Shown: positions 1-13,379, counted from the whole stretch's first letter. The stretch: DNA of 61,620 nucleotides, filler included, from Choristocarpus tenellus KU-1152 (GCA_964200185.2; 12 parts of 12 records of this genome joined end to end with filler, not necessarily neighbours in it); one strand, 5' to 3'. The notes: a model not told the origin generated them from the letters alone. Numbers and translations: made by a program.

Positions 1-30
1 GTGGGGTGGTGGGGGGGGGGGGGGGGGGGT

Positions 31-62
<32 letters not shown>

Positions 63-2371
63 GGTTGTGTATCATGACTGGACTTGACACTGTGCACCCT
101 CTTTGGATGGATGACTTGAATGACACGTTACATTCAGATGATAAATGTGTCCATGAAGTCTGATATTTTTCAAGGGGGTTTTCCCTTGGTGATTTACAGA
201 GCAGGCCTCACACATATGAACAAGAGTCACATGCAGGTTTAAGTTATGCATGGGAGTGTGCTTGATGGTTATTGGAGGGGGGGGGTTTGGGGTGGGGATT
301 AGTTGATGGATGAGAGACAACTCAAGCTTGTTTCTTTTTCTTTACCTCGTGTGTGTGTGTGCACGTCAGGTACAGGGGCAAGAAGTATTATGCCCGTGTG
401 CAAGTGATGGGGTGTTAGGGTTAGGGTTATGTCAACTTTGGTACAAGTAGCCAAGGTTGCACGAAGGGTGTGGGGCATCCAATCAAATGCATTTGAAAAT
501 AGGCTATATTACTGTTGGTTTTATTAATGCTACTTTTCTGTTTTATCGTACAATGTCTTCCGCTCATCGGAGGTGGCGTGGGTTTGTACTTTTAATGAGG
601 CTGTTTGCTTCTTATCCTCTTTTTTGTCTGTTTCTACTGCTGAGAAACTCACTGTTGGAAAAGAAAAAAAAGTCATTGTGTTTTTACCGTCAATGTCTTT
701 TGAGAACGCAAGAAAGGACATCTCACACTGTCATGGTTTCTTGAGTGCCTTTGATTTGATTTTTTTTGGCACGAGGAACGGAGTATACAAGTGGTTTGAA
801 GTTTGGAGAGAGAGAGTGAGAGAGCTATTTAAACTGTAGGTGTTTAGAGGTTGACTGCTGTTGGGGAGTTTTTTCCACAAGAGAGGAGGAAGGAGTGCAG
901 ACATGTTTTGGCATTTCTGTTTGTGTACAGCATCACATGACGAGCTATTCATGTGTTGCGTTAGCTGTACCTTTTTTGTGTTAGTGGTTGAATTTCTCTG
1001 TGTACCTTCAAGGTGTGCATGAAAAGAAGCCAGGAATTAGTTGTGAGTTTTGGTAGCGGAGGGCAGTTATCTTCATCGTGTTGTGTTTTTTTGTTTTTCA
1101 AATTGATTTTTGCTGTGGGGGGGGGCGGAGAGGAAGAGGTGTTTGAGATGCACCCTGCAGGACAATTGCAGGACAATTGCTGGGATAGCTGCAGCTTTGG
1201 GGTGGTGAATGTGCAGCACATCATGCATGGTGCATACAGCACAGTAGAGACTGCTGTGGTCATCACATTTGTTGATTGGATAGGTGTGTACGTTGATAGG
1301 ATTGCCCTTCCTGTAACATGGGATTAGTACTATAAACTCCCTGTCTCTTGAGGTTGAGAGGGCTAACAAGGGGAATGAGGTCTAATGGAGGCAAGGGTGG
1401 GCAGGCAGTAAGCAATCAGAAGGATGGGTGTCACACACGGATGAGCAAGTCACCGACACAGGAGATACTGTAGGAACGTTTTTACATTACAGGGTGCTTA
1501 TTTTGCAGGTATATTGAGCAGTGTCAACATGGTGACTTGAAATGTGCACTCTAGAAACAGTTCAATCCTTACTTTTTCACCATTTTTTTTACCTTAAAAG
1601 AGTCCATTTTGATCCTGTTCTTGGGCAATTGAATTTAGTGTGGAAGGGTTAGGGGTTAGGGTTGATTGGTAACAAAGGGAATGGCTTGGTCGATCGTATT
1701 TGCAATTCCACTACTTGACTCAAGGTATGGCATACTCACTGTCATTGAGATTATCTGTGTAGGTTAGGGAGGGGCCAGGGAGTGCTTTAGTTTTTTCTTC
1801 TGAGGAAAGTATGTGGGATGGAGAATAGAGAGATGCAAGGAATATAAAGGCTCCGAATATGTATGTATATATATATATCGGAAATTGATCTCCAAGCCTG
1901 AATGTGAGTCTCGAGTGCTGGGTTGTGTAATGAGACAATAATATTTGATGAGAAGAAATTAATCTAACTGGATTTCCTCACATGTCCCATCAAGCTGTTA
2001 CTTTTTTGTCACTACTTCATCTAGTAGCATTTGTCGTAAACAACCACTTGTGGGTCTGAATACTTTGTTACTGTTACAACAGCAGTAGTAGTAGTAGTAC
2101 AACAAAAACAATAGTGTTGTGATTCATGGTGTGGTGGTGTTCTCTATGTTGTCTGTTGTACCACTTGCTTACATGTACAACTATATACACCTGTTTTCTG
2201 CTCTAATACCTTTTCTCACTCTTGGTGTCTGTTGTCTTGTTTCTCATCATGTTGATCAAATAGTAGCATTCCACGACTGTTCTATTCTGTGGGTGCGATG
2301 ATGACATTAAAAAAACAATACATACGTTCTTCTAAGTATCTTTGTTCTAGTAGAGCTTGTGGCATTTCGTA

Positions 2372-3300
2372 CTAGTTTACATGCACCATCGTTATCCTCA
2401 AACATGTCAATGCAACGCCTAGAAACTGTGGCTGAATAAACTCAAAAACACTTCTCAAGAAAAGCAATTCCTGTGCCACACTGGTAAGGGCTATATACCC
2501 ACTCTCCGTGGAAGACAGAGCTACAACTCTTTGTACCTTTGACATCCAAGGTATTCCTCCTCCTGCAAACATTATTGCTCGTCCAGTCACTGATCTATGA
2601 TCATTCTAGTCTCCACCATAACTAGCATCAGCATATGTACTCAACTCACACTCAGTATTAGAAACCACCAAACCTCGTCCAACACTGAGACACGTGTTCA
2701 GATATGCTAAAAATACACTTAACTGCACGTCAATGCGCGACTTTGGGATTGCTACTATACTTGGCAACCTCACGAGCTGCATTGGCAATGTTAAGCCTAG
2801 TCATAACAGATGCCCACATCAGACTACCAACTGCCTCTCTGTACAGTATATTTCCAGCAACACTTGCTTGGATGATCCTCACTCTTGTCTAAATTCCTTG
2901 AGAGATCATGGGGTACCGCCCTCTTCTTTTCCCCATCCATACCAAATGCTTGACAAACGCTCTGAGTATACCTATTCTGACTGATGGTGACAGTCTGTGC
3001 AATTCTGTCACGTGAAATCTCACAACCCATATAATTCTCAAGGTCACCAAATTCTTCTATGGAAAACTTCTCCTTAATCCTTGAGCGAACCCAAATCAAA
3101 ACATCATATATACCAGCTACCAAAAGATCGTCAACGTGGTGGGCTATCACAGTACAAACAACGCCATCTCTTACATAGCGTAACACACAGGGGCTGCTCT
3201 GCATTGCTCAAAACTACCCTGTTCCAAAACGTGCACCAACAGGTTATTAAACTCCCTGCTAGGCTGTTTGGTGCCATAAAAGGCTTTCACTAAACGCACT
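2372..3300 (-). mobile_element. Degenerate Ty1/Copia LTR-retrotransposon pol fragment (RT + RNase H)
   Basis: Copia motifs in the expected order across broken frames: KAFYGTKQPSREF (cf. KSLYGLKQAPR), HHVDDLLVAG (YVDD), LENYMGCEI, TYADASYGGD, WMSKVQRVVALSSTESGY (cf. SKKQ..VALSSTEAEY). Stops and frameshifts are present. Confidence 0.9.
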
Positions 3301-6281
3301 ATCTTTCCTGACCATATACCACATCCATCACATAAACATTAGTTAATATCAACATATTTCAATTTGTAGTAATAATAGTAATAAATTATGGAATGATACG
3401 TCCCAACTCGTGTAGGTTATACTCTATTGTAAAACGTGATATTCTTTGTTGTTGGTAACAGTTAATATTACTTAGTGCAAAAGAATTAATACGGACACAG
3501 ACAGACATGCAAGATGTTCTAATTGGTACATCTGCAGAGAGCCACACCACCAACTGAGAAATAAGTTGGGTTGAATTTGAAGGACTTTGAGAAAGAGGAA
3601 CGAGATACCGTTTTGTACCATTGCAGGTCTTTACCTGATTCTTATGTCACTTTGTGTGTAGAAAGGGGAAATATCAATATCTCACACACTGTTGTGCATG
3701 TGACATGTTCAAGTAGAGTATTGCACAGGGTAAGAAAGATGACTTAGAATGAAAAGTGGTCTAAATCTTCCTATCCCTCAATTGGTTTAGCTCAGAGTGA
3801 GAGGGTAGAGAACAAACACAGGGCCTATTGGTATTGATTGCCCACTTCGTGAATACTGTAGCAATCGACTCTTGACACCGCTAAGCCAAATTAAACGAGA
3901 GGCATCCAAGATCTAGCCGTTCATTTTAAGCCACTCTTACTCTTATCAGCATTGCCAATTCACTCTTATTTTTATGAAGTGCTAATATTGGCTCGAGAGA
4001 GTTGATTTCTCTACATTGCTTGAGAGTCAAAGTAAACGAGAGGTAATTAGCGTTGCACCTTAAGAGTGCGGACAAAAATGTACAAGATTCGTTTTTTTTT
4101 TGTACAGATGGGTATAGAATATATTTATTTTCTGGATCCTGTGAAAAAGTCTCAAACAATAAAAGAGAAATCAACAAGCTCAAGTCAAATTCACCACTAC
4201 TTCATCCATAGAAGTATGGGTGAATTGCAAAAAAATGCAAAACTGGCAATCAATGCCTGTGTACCTTTCGTTTACTATGACTCTGAAGATTTTCGACATA
4301 ATTCAGAAATGCGTCTGTCCACAATTGTACAAAAAGTCGAACCCGCATTTGATCGCAGTATCCTTACAATGTAGCAACCCTGGGTACCCCTCTTTACTTT
4401 GGGTCACAACCATTGACCCTCTCCCTCATGTACCAAGACTGCCCCAATTGCACCATAAACACACGTTAAATTCCCACGCCTCTTGCCTCTCTGTGATGGA
4501 ATCCCGCCCTGACAAAGAAAACCAGACCAAGACCTACCAAAGAATAGACCCCACGATCGAGACTCTGACAGCTTGATCCTTGTTAGATTACATCATGGAC
4601 TCGACATTAGTCCCTCACAACCACATACTAAAGGAGTAATGATGAGCCGCCGCAAGTCAGCATGTTCACCCTAACGATCAAAAATTGGTAGCATCTACTT
4701 AGTAGCAAATCACACAAAAGCCATTATCAGTTTACACAACATAGGCTCTTGGAACTTGGGACTCATTGGCACTGATCAACCCCGCATACTTATTTTGAAC
4801 TCTTGCAAGGTCTCAGAGACACCTTGGTAAGGTATTGCATGCATATCTCTGAAACCCACTACGCCCTGACGGCTGATGAGCCCACACATTGGTTAAACAA
4901 CGACCAGCGAACATTCCTGACCACCCCCACATGGCCATACATATATGGATGACTACTGTGAATGATAACTCTCAAGGTCACTGAGAGATGATAGCTCATC
5001 AAAAGGCATCAATTAGAGGATAAGAGGCACAGCCAGAACAAAGTGCCGCAAAATAGAACCTTAGCTGTATAGATACACGGTATCACCCTCCCTCTTGGTT
5101 ATGACCTTCAAAGCAATCAATCATCCAAGAAACTCTCCACAGTACTAAGCTAAGACTAATAGTAGGTGTATGTGATTTGACATACTTCATGTAGGAAAGG
5201 ATGTAAGTTAAGTACACTTAACCACTCCACAACATAGCAAGCTGTCTCGAGCACCAGATGGTGGGGGACACAAGTCGAGACAATTTACGTCACCCAGCAG
5301 CAACAAGCCAACTTGTGCATCCTGCCTTGATATATCATGTCGATTATTGTGCCGGGGTGGAGGCAATTTTTGTTTTTCTCTTCAGCAACGAGGAGGGGAG
5401 GGGGGAGAGGACACAACGAACACCCAAGGGTGATCGTGATCATCATTGACATGGCACAAGAACAGCAAAGGAACCCTGCGTCCGGGAATCGTTTGAAGAT
5501 TGATAACACACCCTACTCTTGAACTCCAGTCATCCCTCACCCACTAAATAACCCTCAAAACACACCATCCTGCCTGTATCCTGCATAACAGCTACATCTG
5601 GCACTGATTCCCCACTTGTGACCCCCTCAGGGAAAAATGCAGGCCCCCCTTGGACAGGAGGAGGGGGGGAATTGAGCCCAACTCTTGTCCAATCTCTACA
5701 GCTCTGCTGGCAACATTAATCCCCACAATAGTACACAACACATTAGCACTTTAAAACCCCAAAAAATCAAAGAGACACAATGTAACATCAGCAGCACAAG
5801 CTGGGATGAGGCAGGCTGCATTTCGTTTCATGATGATCTCACTGGAATGGTCACACAGAAGTTGAACATCTCTTCTCAGATCAAGATCAGCCAAAACACA
5901 AAAAGAGGGTTTCATACGTCCAATCCCTGCAGCCGCATCCCACACCAACCTGTCCAATCACTGCAGAGATTTCCAACAAGTAATGCAAGCCACCTCCCCA
6001 ACCAGGAGATCTCGCATGGAGACAAACACAAGACACAAATAGCAAGAGCAAAAATTAAGGGAGGCACTGGATTCACCCTCAATATCTCATTCCATTACGT
6101 TCAAAATAGTGTACATACTTTGTCGGATGTGGAACACCAAACTCACTCGCATTGAAACACACTATTGCGTAAAAAGAGGGTATGGTGCCCAAATGACCAT
6201 TATATACTTGTAGCATCTAATGAACAAAGTTAATCAAATGCATCCCTTCATCCCTGCTCCATCAAACATAACATAACCCTA

Positions 6282-6489
6282 CTAGTATTCCTTCCCCGCC
6301 GCAGGCTGCACAGTTGCAAAGGACTGAGGGCACTCGATGTCCCCCAGACACCCCAGTCCGGTCACCAGCACAAACAGGAAGAGAAGCAAAAACAGCAAAC
6401 CAGACAGGATGTCCGGAGTGATCTTGATGGTACGAGCAGAGAGGGCTGTTGCTAGGCGGCGGCGGGTGGCGGCCTCGGAGGTCAAGAAC
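6282..6489 (-). CDS. Last exon of a V-ATPase accessory subunit Ac45/S1/VOA1-like membrane protein (partial)
   Basis: Acceptor aaaag|G, then FLTSEAATRRRLA...ITPDILSGLLFLLLFLFVLVTGLGCLGDIECPQSF...GKEY*. The TP-x-I-xx-G-L start, single TM helix and I-x-x-P-x-x-F tail match the Ac45/VOA1 C-terminal pattern. Upstream exons are off-contig. Confidence 0.65.
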
Positions 6490-6624
6490 CTTTTGAATCA
6501 AAGGTTCACCCGCATAAATGAATATCAACAGAGAGAGAGAGAGGAGAGAGGGGGGGGGGGGGGGGGGGGGGGGGAGGGGGAGAGAGGGAGGGAGGGGGGG
6601 GGGGGGAAAGGGTGAGCTCTGGGG

Positions 6625-6724
6625 NNNNNNNNNNNNNNNNNNNNNNNNNNNNNNNNNNNNNNNNNNNNTTAATTAATTAANNNNNNNNNNNNNNNNNNNN
6701 NNNNNNNNNNNNNNNNNNNNNNNN
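6625..6724. other. Artificial contig-joining linker (N44-TTAATTAATTAA-N44), first of 11
   Basis: Identical 100-bp spacer with stops in all six frames. It recurs at 13435-13534, 16488-16587, 19654-19753, 26173-26272, 31039-31138, 34052-34151, 41621-41720, 46569-46668, 52305-52404 and 55808-55907. Separate 10-N gaps lie at 56506-56515 and 56797-56806. Confidence 0.98.
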
Positions 6725-8753
6725 CCCCCCAGACTTGCTTTTGCGTTGTGAGTGAAGGATGACTGTATACTGCTCACAATTTCCGGGGGCATGCATCAGT
6801 TTCATTCAGTTTACACAGTCAAGCAAACGATCAACAGCACATATGATTGCACAAGCTCGGGAGTAAACTGGCTGCACTTGAATGCTCTCCGCATTGCCTT
6901 GCCCCTGATCATGCTCATCAATCAAGGCACACCCAGGTTTACAATTAAGGTTCATGACACCGTGTAAACAGAAGTCTGCGGGTAGATCTTTGAACTCTTG
7001 CAAGGGGAAAAATAAATACTTCCAACCGTAGAAAAGACCAACAATGAACGCCTCCCTCGATGGAGAACTTGAGTCACGTCTAGATATTTCATTTCTTTTT
7101 TCTTTTTCAACCAGAAAGAAAAAAAATAAGCACACAAAAGAGTTTTGGCATGATAGCGTGCGCGAGGATATTTGAGGAGCTGGATAGCGTCTGTTTCTCC
7201 TCACCAACTGGATAAGACCGAGAAATGAAATGCGTTCTGACTTTTACGTAGGGCCTGCTGTCTGAGATGTGTCCAGGTGAAGAGATCACAATAATGGCAC
7301 CACCGAAAGCAGTCAGGCTCATACAACCATGTCCCAAACAGACCTGAAATCACCAAGCTGTGTAGAGGCGTTGCTCTGCTGAGTGGCTTCTTCAGGGCAT
7401 CCAACAGGGAGGGTTCGTCAACCCCAGAGAACTCAAGAGGATGATTACCGTATAGGGCAGAGTCCTCTCCACAGCATACTGCAAGACATAGACACCTCCG
7501 CAATGACCGAGGCAGTGATTGCAATGACCCTGTTGGTCCTGAAGCCACCGAGAGTTAATTTGGCATCAAAACCCATCAAAAATCATCTGGGTGCCTGCAC
7601 TCCCAAACGCAAATCATAGTGTGCTGAGCAACTTTTGATGAGAAGTGGTAAACCGGGAAGTCTCAATAGGAATCGTTCAGAGCCCTCCGTAATCTTGAAG
7701 GCAGGTATGTGTAGCTGACATTACAAGAGAAATTACAGCAAGTATCAGGCCACAAAATGTGCCAAAAAAACATTCTGTCGTGTTGGTGTTGGTATTCTCA
7801 GAAATTTTTTTTCCAAAGGATTTGCGGGCAATGGCACTCAGAGGAACACATACATCTGATACCGATAGCACTTAAGGTTCACTACATTCAAGTACTCCCA
7901 TAGGCCTGTTCTGCCTGTCATTGGGGTATTTGACTGTGCAATCTCATGAAACCTTCCAATAGGGGCAAAAAGCGAGCTTTGAGGGGATCGCACAGGCGGA
8001 GCCCAAAACCACATTAGCTGGCTCTAAAGCGAGTTTTGATTCAAGACAGTGTCAAAATAACATCCCAAGATGATCACAATACCTACAAGCGCCTCCTAGC
8101 TTGGCTGGGTCCGCAATATCCGTGACTGGTGTGGGGAGGACCTAAAAAAGATGTGGTCAGGTTGAGGAGAGAGACAACTTACAACCCTTAACTCTTTTCA
8201 AGGGCCTTACGAAAGTGTGCTTCTGAGGAGATGCCAACCTTATTCACAAGATCGACACTTATTTCTTTCCTGCAACGAATCTATACACATTATGTCAAAT
8301 ACAGCTAATACGACATAGTGGACAGCATCTTGCGCGGAAATTATCCCTACGATAGCTTCCAGCGAAGGTTGGACAGCCCACTGGGTGAACTGTAAGGCAG
8401 ATTCTCGATCCACTAACCAATTTGTAACCTTATGGTTGGGAGTTTTAACGAATGCTCATCGCGCCTTTGGATTTAGCCAGCGCACACTTCGAGCATTCCG
8501 CTCACACCCATGCAGGCTTGTCCACAGCCTCTCAAAACCACACCCCATAATCTCCTCAGGACTCTAAACGATCAGATAAGGCTTACACACACTGTGAGAG
8601 GAGACTAGGGAAAGAGATTACTGTTAGCATAGCAAAAAACATACGCAAATGGAAATTCGAGTTGAGTGAAAGTCTTAGCTTGGTAGTGTGACAAAATCCT
8701 TGACCTCATCGATCTAAGTCTCCGATTCATCCAACCCCCCAGTAATTCCTTAC

Positions 8754-9534
8754 CTGTAGGGCAACCCAGGTAGAAAGGGTTGCAGGAACAGTGCCAACAT
8801 TATCCACGCTGAAGCGGCTGCATTTGCCGTTGGTAACCACGTGCACAGATGATCCCTTGTACATCCCACTGAAACACTTGGAGGGAGCAGCTGGGGGCAA
8901 CTTTGATGAATCCTCTGACAGGTTGAGGCGCTCGATCATCGGACTCGCCTCAGCTAAGGGTAAATTGACACCACAAGATGCCATGGGGGGCAGGGGATGG
9001 GTACAGGCAAGCGGCAGGCAGACATGAGTGTAGACAAAGACAATAGGTCAGCATTCTTGAAGAATTTGCACAAAAACAAGAGGCTTGGAATAGCTCAAAC
9101 GCACACTAGGTTACTAGTGGCTTCACTAGGAAGCGGTCGAGGATAAGGAGGGAAGGCTTGTTGCACCAACTGCATTCATGGGCAAGTGTTGGTCTATTAC
9201 GTTTTGTCCCCGAGTTTCTGCTATTTCCCTGCACAAATGACCCTTTCTCTAAATCCTCAAGGATACCAAACCCTCTTGACCGAAGTCTAAATCTCCTTTC
9301 TACTTGTTTATCCATTGACTCACCCTCCATAGCCACGAGAATGACGACATTCTTGATCTCATTGTCCTTGGCACCATGTTGCATGACTGGCATAGTGGAC
9401 ACGACTCGTGCAGTCCTATATGTGTACAGTCCAAATGACGAAGCACCCCTCGCAGGGTTTTTTATAGAAGTCTTAAGTGCAAAAGCCCTTACCAACGGTA
9501 TGGCAAGTGGGAGCCTTGCCAAGCAGAAGCGCAT
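8754..9534 (-). CDS. MTN: 5'-methylthioadenosine/S-adenosylhomocysteine nucleosidase, plant type (first two exons)
   Basis: Exons 9534-9324 and 8953-8754, GT-AG and phase-consistent. They give NVVILVAMEAEASPMIERLNL...FSGMYKGSSVHVVTNGKCSRFSVDNVGTVPATLSTWVALQ, matching plant MTN (VIAMQAEA...GIDSVGTVPASL). Later exons (INAGTxGG) were not found on this contig. Confidence 0.88.
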
Positions 9535-9698
9535 CACCTCCTGGATGACAAGTAACTACAATTGAGTTGGATTTCCTCTTACAGTATGTAGCGCGCTCCA
9601 GGGCGCTATGTCGTTGCAGCAGTATTGATGTTGATCAGTGAATGTTTGTTGGACTCCAACAATGACCTGTGCAAACGTACCCCTCTAATCGGCGCCTG
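9535..9698. promoter_or_regulatory. Probable bidirectional promoter/5'UTR region
   Basis: Only 164 bp separate the divergent putative start codons at 9534 (-) and 9699 (+). Inferred from geometry only. Confidence 0.5.
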
Positions 9699-12600
9699 AT
9701 GCTGGCATTTGCTATCTTGCGGTTGTCAGCCAACGCGCGTTTGCCTCCATTCTTTGCTGCCAACCACATCTTCCCCGGTCCCCCTTTCCGCAGCAACAAC
9801 ATGTCCCACCAATCTTCCACTTTCGAAAGTAGAGACTCAGCAGTAGTAACCATCCCCTTGGATGTTTCCGTAGTGCTTCAGGCAATCTATTCATCACCGA
9901 ATGCACCCCAAGTGTGTGTATCAAACACCGGGTGAGTGTCACAAAACTAGTGATTGGTCTGACAATGATGAGTCCCCAAGTCCTCCCTAAGTGTGAGTCT
10001 TGATCTTTTCGAAGAGCACCTCATTACTCATTGCCTCCGCTGCCTAACGCACTGCTCTCTGCAGATCTGGTGGCCAGGCTCTGGCTTGGATGCTGGGGGT
10101 TCCAGGTGCGAGCACTTGTCTCCTCGAGGCTACCGTCCCGTACTGTATGGCTGCCTCGCAGGAGAGGGTTGGAGTAATTCCTGATGGGGGCTATTGCTCA
10201 CAATCGGTATGTAGAAGTTCACTACACATTTTTTTATGTGCGTGGTAATATGGACCTGCTTCGAATGTTGAGATTGGGAGTGATTGATCCTTGGCAGCCG
10301 TGAACGGTGCAGGGAGTACATTTTATACTTTCATGTCGGGGTTATCTTCAGGGATTGGAGGGTGTGATGGTGGCTTGTGGGAATTTGCTTTCTGTCATTG
10401 GTCGATTGGTTACTGCTCTACGTGTGCCAGCTAGCATCAAAGCAGAGATAATTGAGAGATATTTCTGTGCTCGCCTGTCCTCGTCATTGCTCCCCCAGGT
10501 GGCTGATGCCTTGGCTTGGGATGCGTACAGGAGGGCAGTGTCGCTTTGTGTTTCAGGGTCGAAAGAAGTCGGGCCACGAGCACTCGCAGGGAGGGCTATC
10601 ATAGGCCTAGGTTGCACAGCGGCAGTAGCATCGTCCCGACCCAAGAAAGGAGACCACCGGTGCTTCGTCGCCGCGCACACTCATACAGGAGTCACCCAGT
10701 ACAGCCTGAAGCTTGCCAAGGGACAAAGAGACAGGTTGGTAGATGTGTTGATTGAGAGTTGAATTGGGGAGCACCTGGGTGTGTGCCCAAAATCTGGGGG
10801 CCTGACTGAACTTGCCCGTGTACTGTTGGGGGGAAGTTAAACAGACTGTCCTGCCAGATGTACTCTGGATGGAAGACAACAGGACTATCGTCCCATGGGT
10901 CCCTACAAGACGATATATTCATAACACCAAGAGAACTCAATAGTGTTTAACCCTAGAAAATCGAGGGATTAGAAAAAGACACTGTAATTCAAATGTCCCC
11001 CTGACAGAGAAAGCTATCATCCTGAGAGTATTGCTTTGAAAAGTTTAAATTGACAGGGCTTTTCATCAGTCTGGGGAGTTATGATGGGCGAGGGCTGACC
11101 CATGGACCTTCTACATTGAAACAGTGTTCAGTCATGGACTAGCCCTGTTTGAACCTATTGGTATCAGGCTGACCTCCATCCCAACTATGTCGAATAATTG
11201 ACGGTCTTCAATAGAAAGTATTCATCCGGATTGGCCCAGTCAAGATGGTTCAGGCATGCCGAGCCAACTTTGTTGGACCGCCCCCAAATTGTTTCAAATA
11301 CATGTGGGGATGAACCTGCTTTTTATCTATGCCTTCCGTCACTTTTTTCCCTCACTTGTTGACTCAGACCAGATTATGCTGACCTCATGCCATCTACTAC
11401 GCAGTATGTTTTAACATTTTCACAAACTGGCCAGGAGACCAGACATGTTTGAATGCTAAGTGGATCTGGTCCAGACATGTCAGAAAATTTAAACCTGTCC
11501 GGTCCACCAACCTGCTAACCAGACAGGTTCCACTATTATGTGAGTCCGTCTGAACATGTCAAGAAATGTTACAACGGCTCCAGTCTGCGGATAGGTCCTT
11601 TTGTATATTGCCTGACCCATTGAAAAGCCTGTAAATTGGTCCATCATGGTCACAAATAAAACAAGACTTGGACGGACAGGCGGGCGTGCAGGAAATATTT
11701 TCCCTTGAAATTTGACTTGCGTGGAAAGTGTTATCTCCATCTGACTTAATTGCGGGTGGGAGTTGGAGACCATAGTTACGGGGGTGAAGTCAGCAGTTGA
11801 AAAGAATGTATGCACCTGGAGTTACAGGTCTCCGTGTGGACAGGTCCTTTTGTTTTGAACCAAGTGTTGTTCTATACTTCACTACAAGAAGTAAACCTCT
11901 CCTTGCCTTTTTCGATTTGAAGGACCAACAGTGAGGGTCGTTTCGTCCTGGTACTTCAAAAACCAAACACTGAAAAATATATTTAAATTTCAGTATATTA
12001 TGATAGAAAAAAGACTATATTTTTCTTCTTGATCTAAACAAAATGTGACCTCTTATGGTGCAGTTTGAAATTTAGAATTAAAATGAACGTGTACTTTTCT
12101 GTGATTCATAAAGTTTTATCAAATCCTTGCCAATAATCCTTTTTTCATTAAATAGCTAATAACAGCTCACCTTTGACCCTTCAAGTAAAAACGTTGAGGT
12201 GAAATTTTGAGTTTGATTTGTAACCAACTGCTCCTTCCGTCTCATCTGGATCAGTCTGAAGTCTTTATCTATTTGCCCTTATCACCATGATTTTAAGTTC
12301 ATTTTAGGGCTTTTGCTTGGAACTTCCTGGTGTGTATGTGTTGTCTTGTCTTGCCTTGCCTACTGCTGCTTTGGGACTTCCCCACAATACCCCCCCTCTC
12401 TTTGCCATTTCCTCGACTTTGTGTTTGAAGGGATGGCAAAAGCTCATTCAGTACATGGCACTGAATTACTCCATGTGACCATACACAATGCACATCATAC
12501 ACAGTATATGTATAGCACACAAGCATACACACATGTATGCATACCACCCAACACCCCCTGATCAAGTTGACTACAGAGAAAGTTCCAGTCACGATCTAGA

Positions 12601-13379
12601 TGGTCCCCAACAACCTCGCCTGCACTGTACTTGTCCTTTTTCTATCCAGGGTGAACGAAGATGTTATCATAAGCCGTCTCATGATTCGTGCCCTAGCTGA
12701 GGCTGCAGGAATCCCCTTGCCTCCTGACTTCAAGCAACATGGTCTCATTGGCCCAACTGCCACAGTTGCTCCTTCTGTCACTGGCCCTCCACTTGGGATG
12801 CCACTTCAGAAAAGGGGAGACGGAGACCTTGCTGGAGGTGGAGACTTGGTTCAGAGGGATGTACAGGTTGAAATCATTCCGGAAGGAAAAACGGTCCTGC
12901 GACCAGACCCTATTGATGCTCTAGTGGCAGGTGAAGTAGGAGTCATCCTCTTTGTCCCTTACAGCCCTGAAAGGAATGCCACCGGGGTTGATGCCGATTC
13001 GAGCCCTGCTTCAGGAGTGGGCGGTGGGACAGCCCTGTGGGATGAGGCTGCTATCTCTGCTGTGCAGCCTGGGTCGGTGGTGTTTCCTGGTTCGTACAAT
13101 CCCCTGCACATAGGACATGTGCAACTGATGGAGGCTGCGCGTTCCCTTTATGCAGAGCAAGTGCTCGGCCGAGTATTGGGAGAATCTGAAGGGGAGGGGG
13201 GAGGAGCAGGGACTGGAGGAAGAGTGGGAGCAGTGTTTGAGTTGTCAGTTGCCAACGCAGACAAGGGTGGACTGAGAGTGGAGGAGGTTCGCCAACGAAC
13301 AAGACAATTCATTGATCCCAATGGCGAGGGATATCCTCTGCCGGTTGCTCTTACACGAGCTCCACTCTTTGTTGAAAAG
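9699..13379 (+). CDS. CinA-like + HIGH-motif nucleotidyltransferase (NMNAT/cytidylyltransferase-like) fusion protein, 3' truncated
   Basis: Exons 9699-9931, 10065-10206, 10499-10734 and 12650-13379, all phase-consistent. N-terminal motifs TGSGGQALAWMLGVPGASTCLLEATVPY and GLGCTAAVASSRPKKGDHR; C-terminal FPGSYNPLHIGH, FELSVANADKG and TRAPLFVEK. These are typical of the plant/protist nucleotidylyl-transferase superfamily fusion. Confidence 0.88.

Noticed and set aside
1-62. Long poly-G at the window start and at several contig ends
   Set aside because: Homopolymer length is unreliable at short-read contig ends and may be a sequencing artefact.
415-428. Short TTAGGG doublets (also ~1649, 36671, 53604, 55592)
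   Set aside because: Only about two units each and interstitial; not telomeric arrays.
72-2301. Many 60-100 aa ORFs here and elsewhere in the ORF track
   Set aside because: No motifs or consistent splice structure; chance ORFs in intronic or repeat DNA, or antisense shadows of real exons.
4380-6200. Possible Gypsy/chromodomain remnant
   Set aside because: The sequence looks like decayed TE, but no diagnostic motif could be read with confidence.
6669-6680. Recurrent palindromic TTAATTAATTAA flanked by Ns, which could look like a regular repeat array
   Set aside because: Artificial six-frame-stop linker, not biological. No CRISPR array is present.
6752-7300. Faint LINE reverse-transcriptase-like words (TYDC..., LLQG, CA-EDI, LDKT)
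   Set aside because: Needs several assumed frameshifts; too degenerate to support without a profile search.
7677-7871. ORF vaguely like CDP-diacylglycerol synthase (SD...FGKK...TE.F.G)
   Set aside because: Lacks SPxKTxEG, has no supporting exons, and lies in a presumed intron of MTN.
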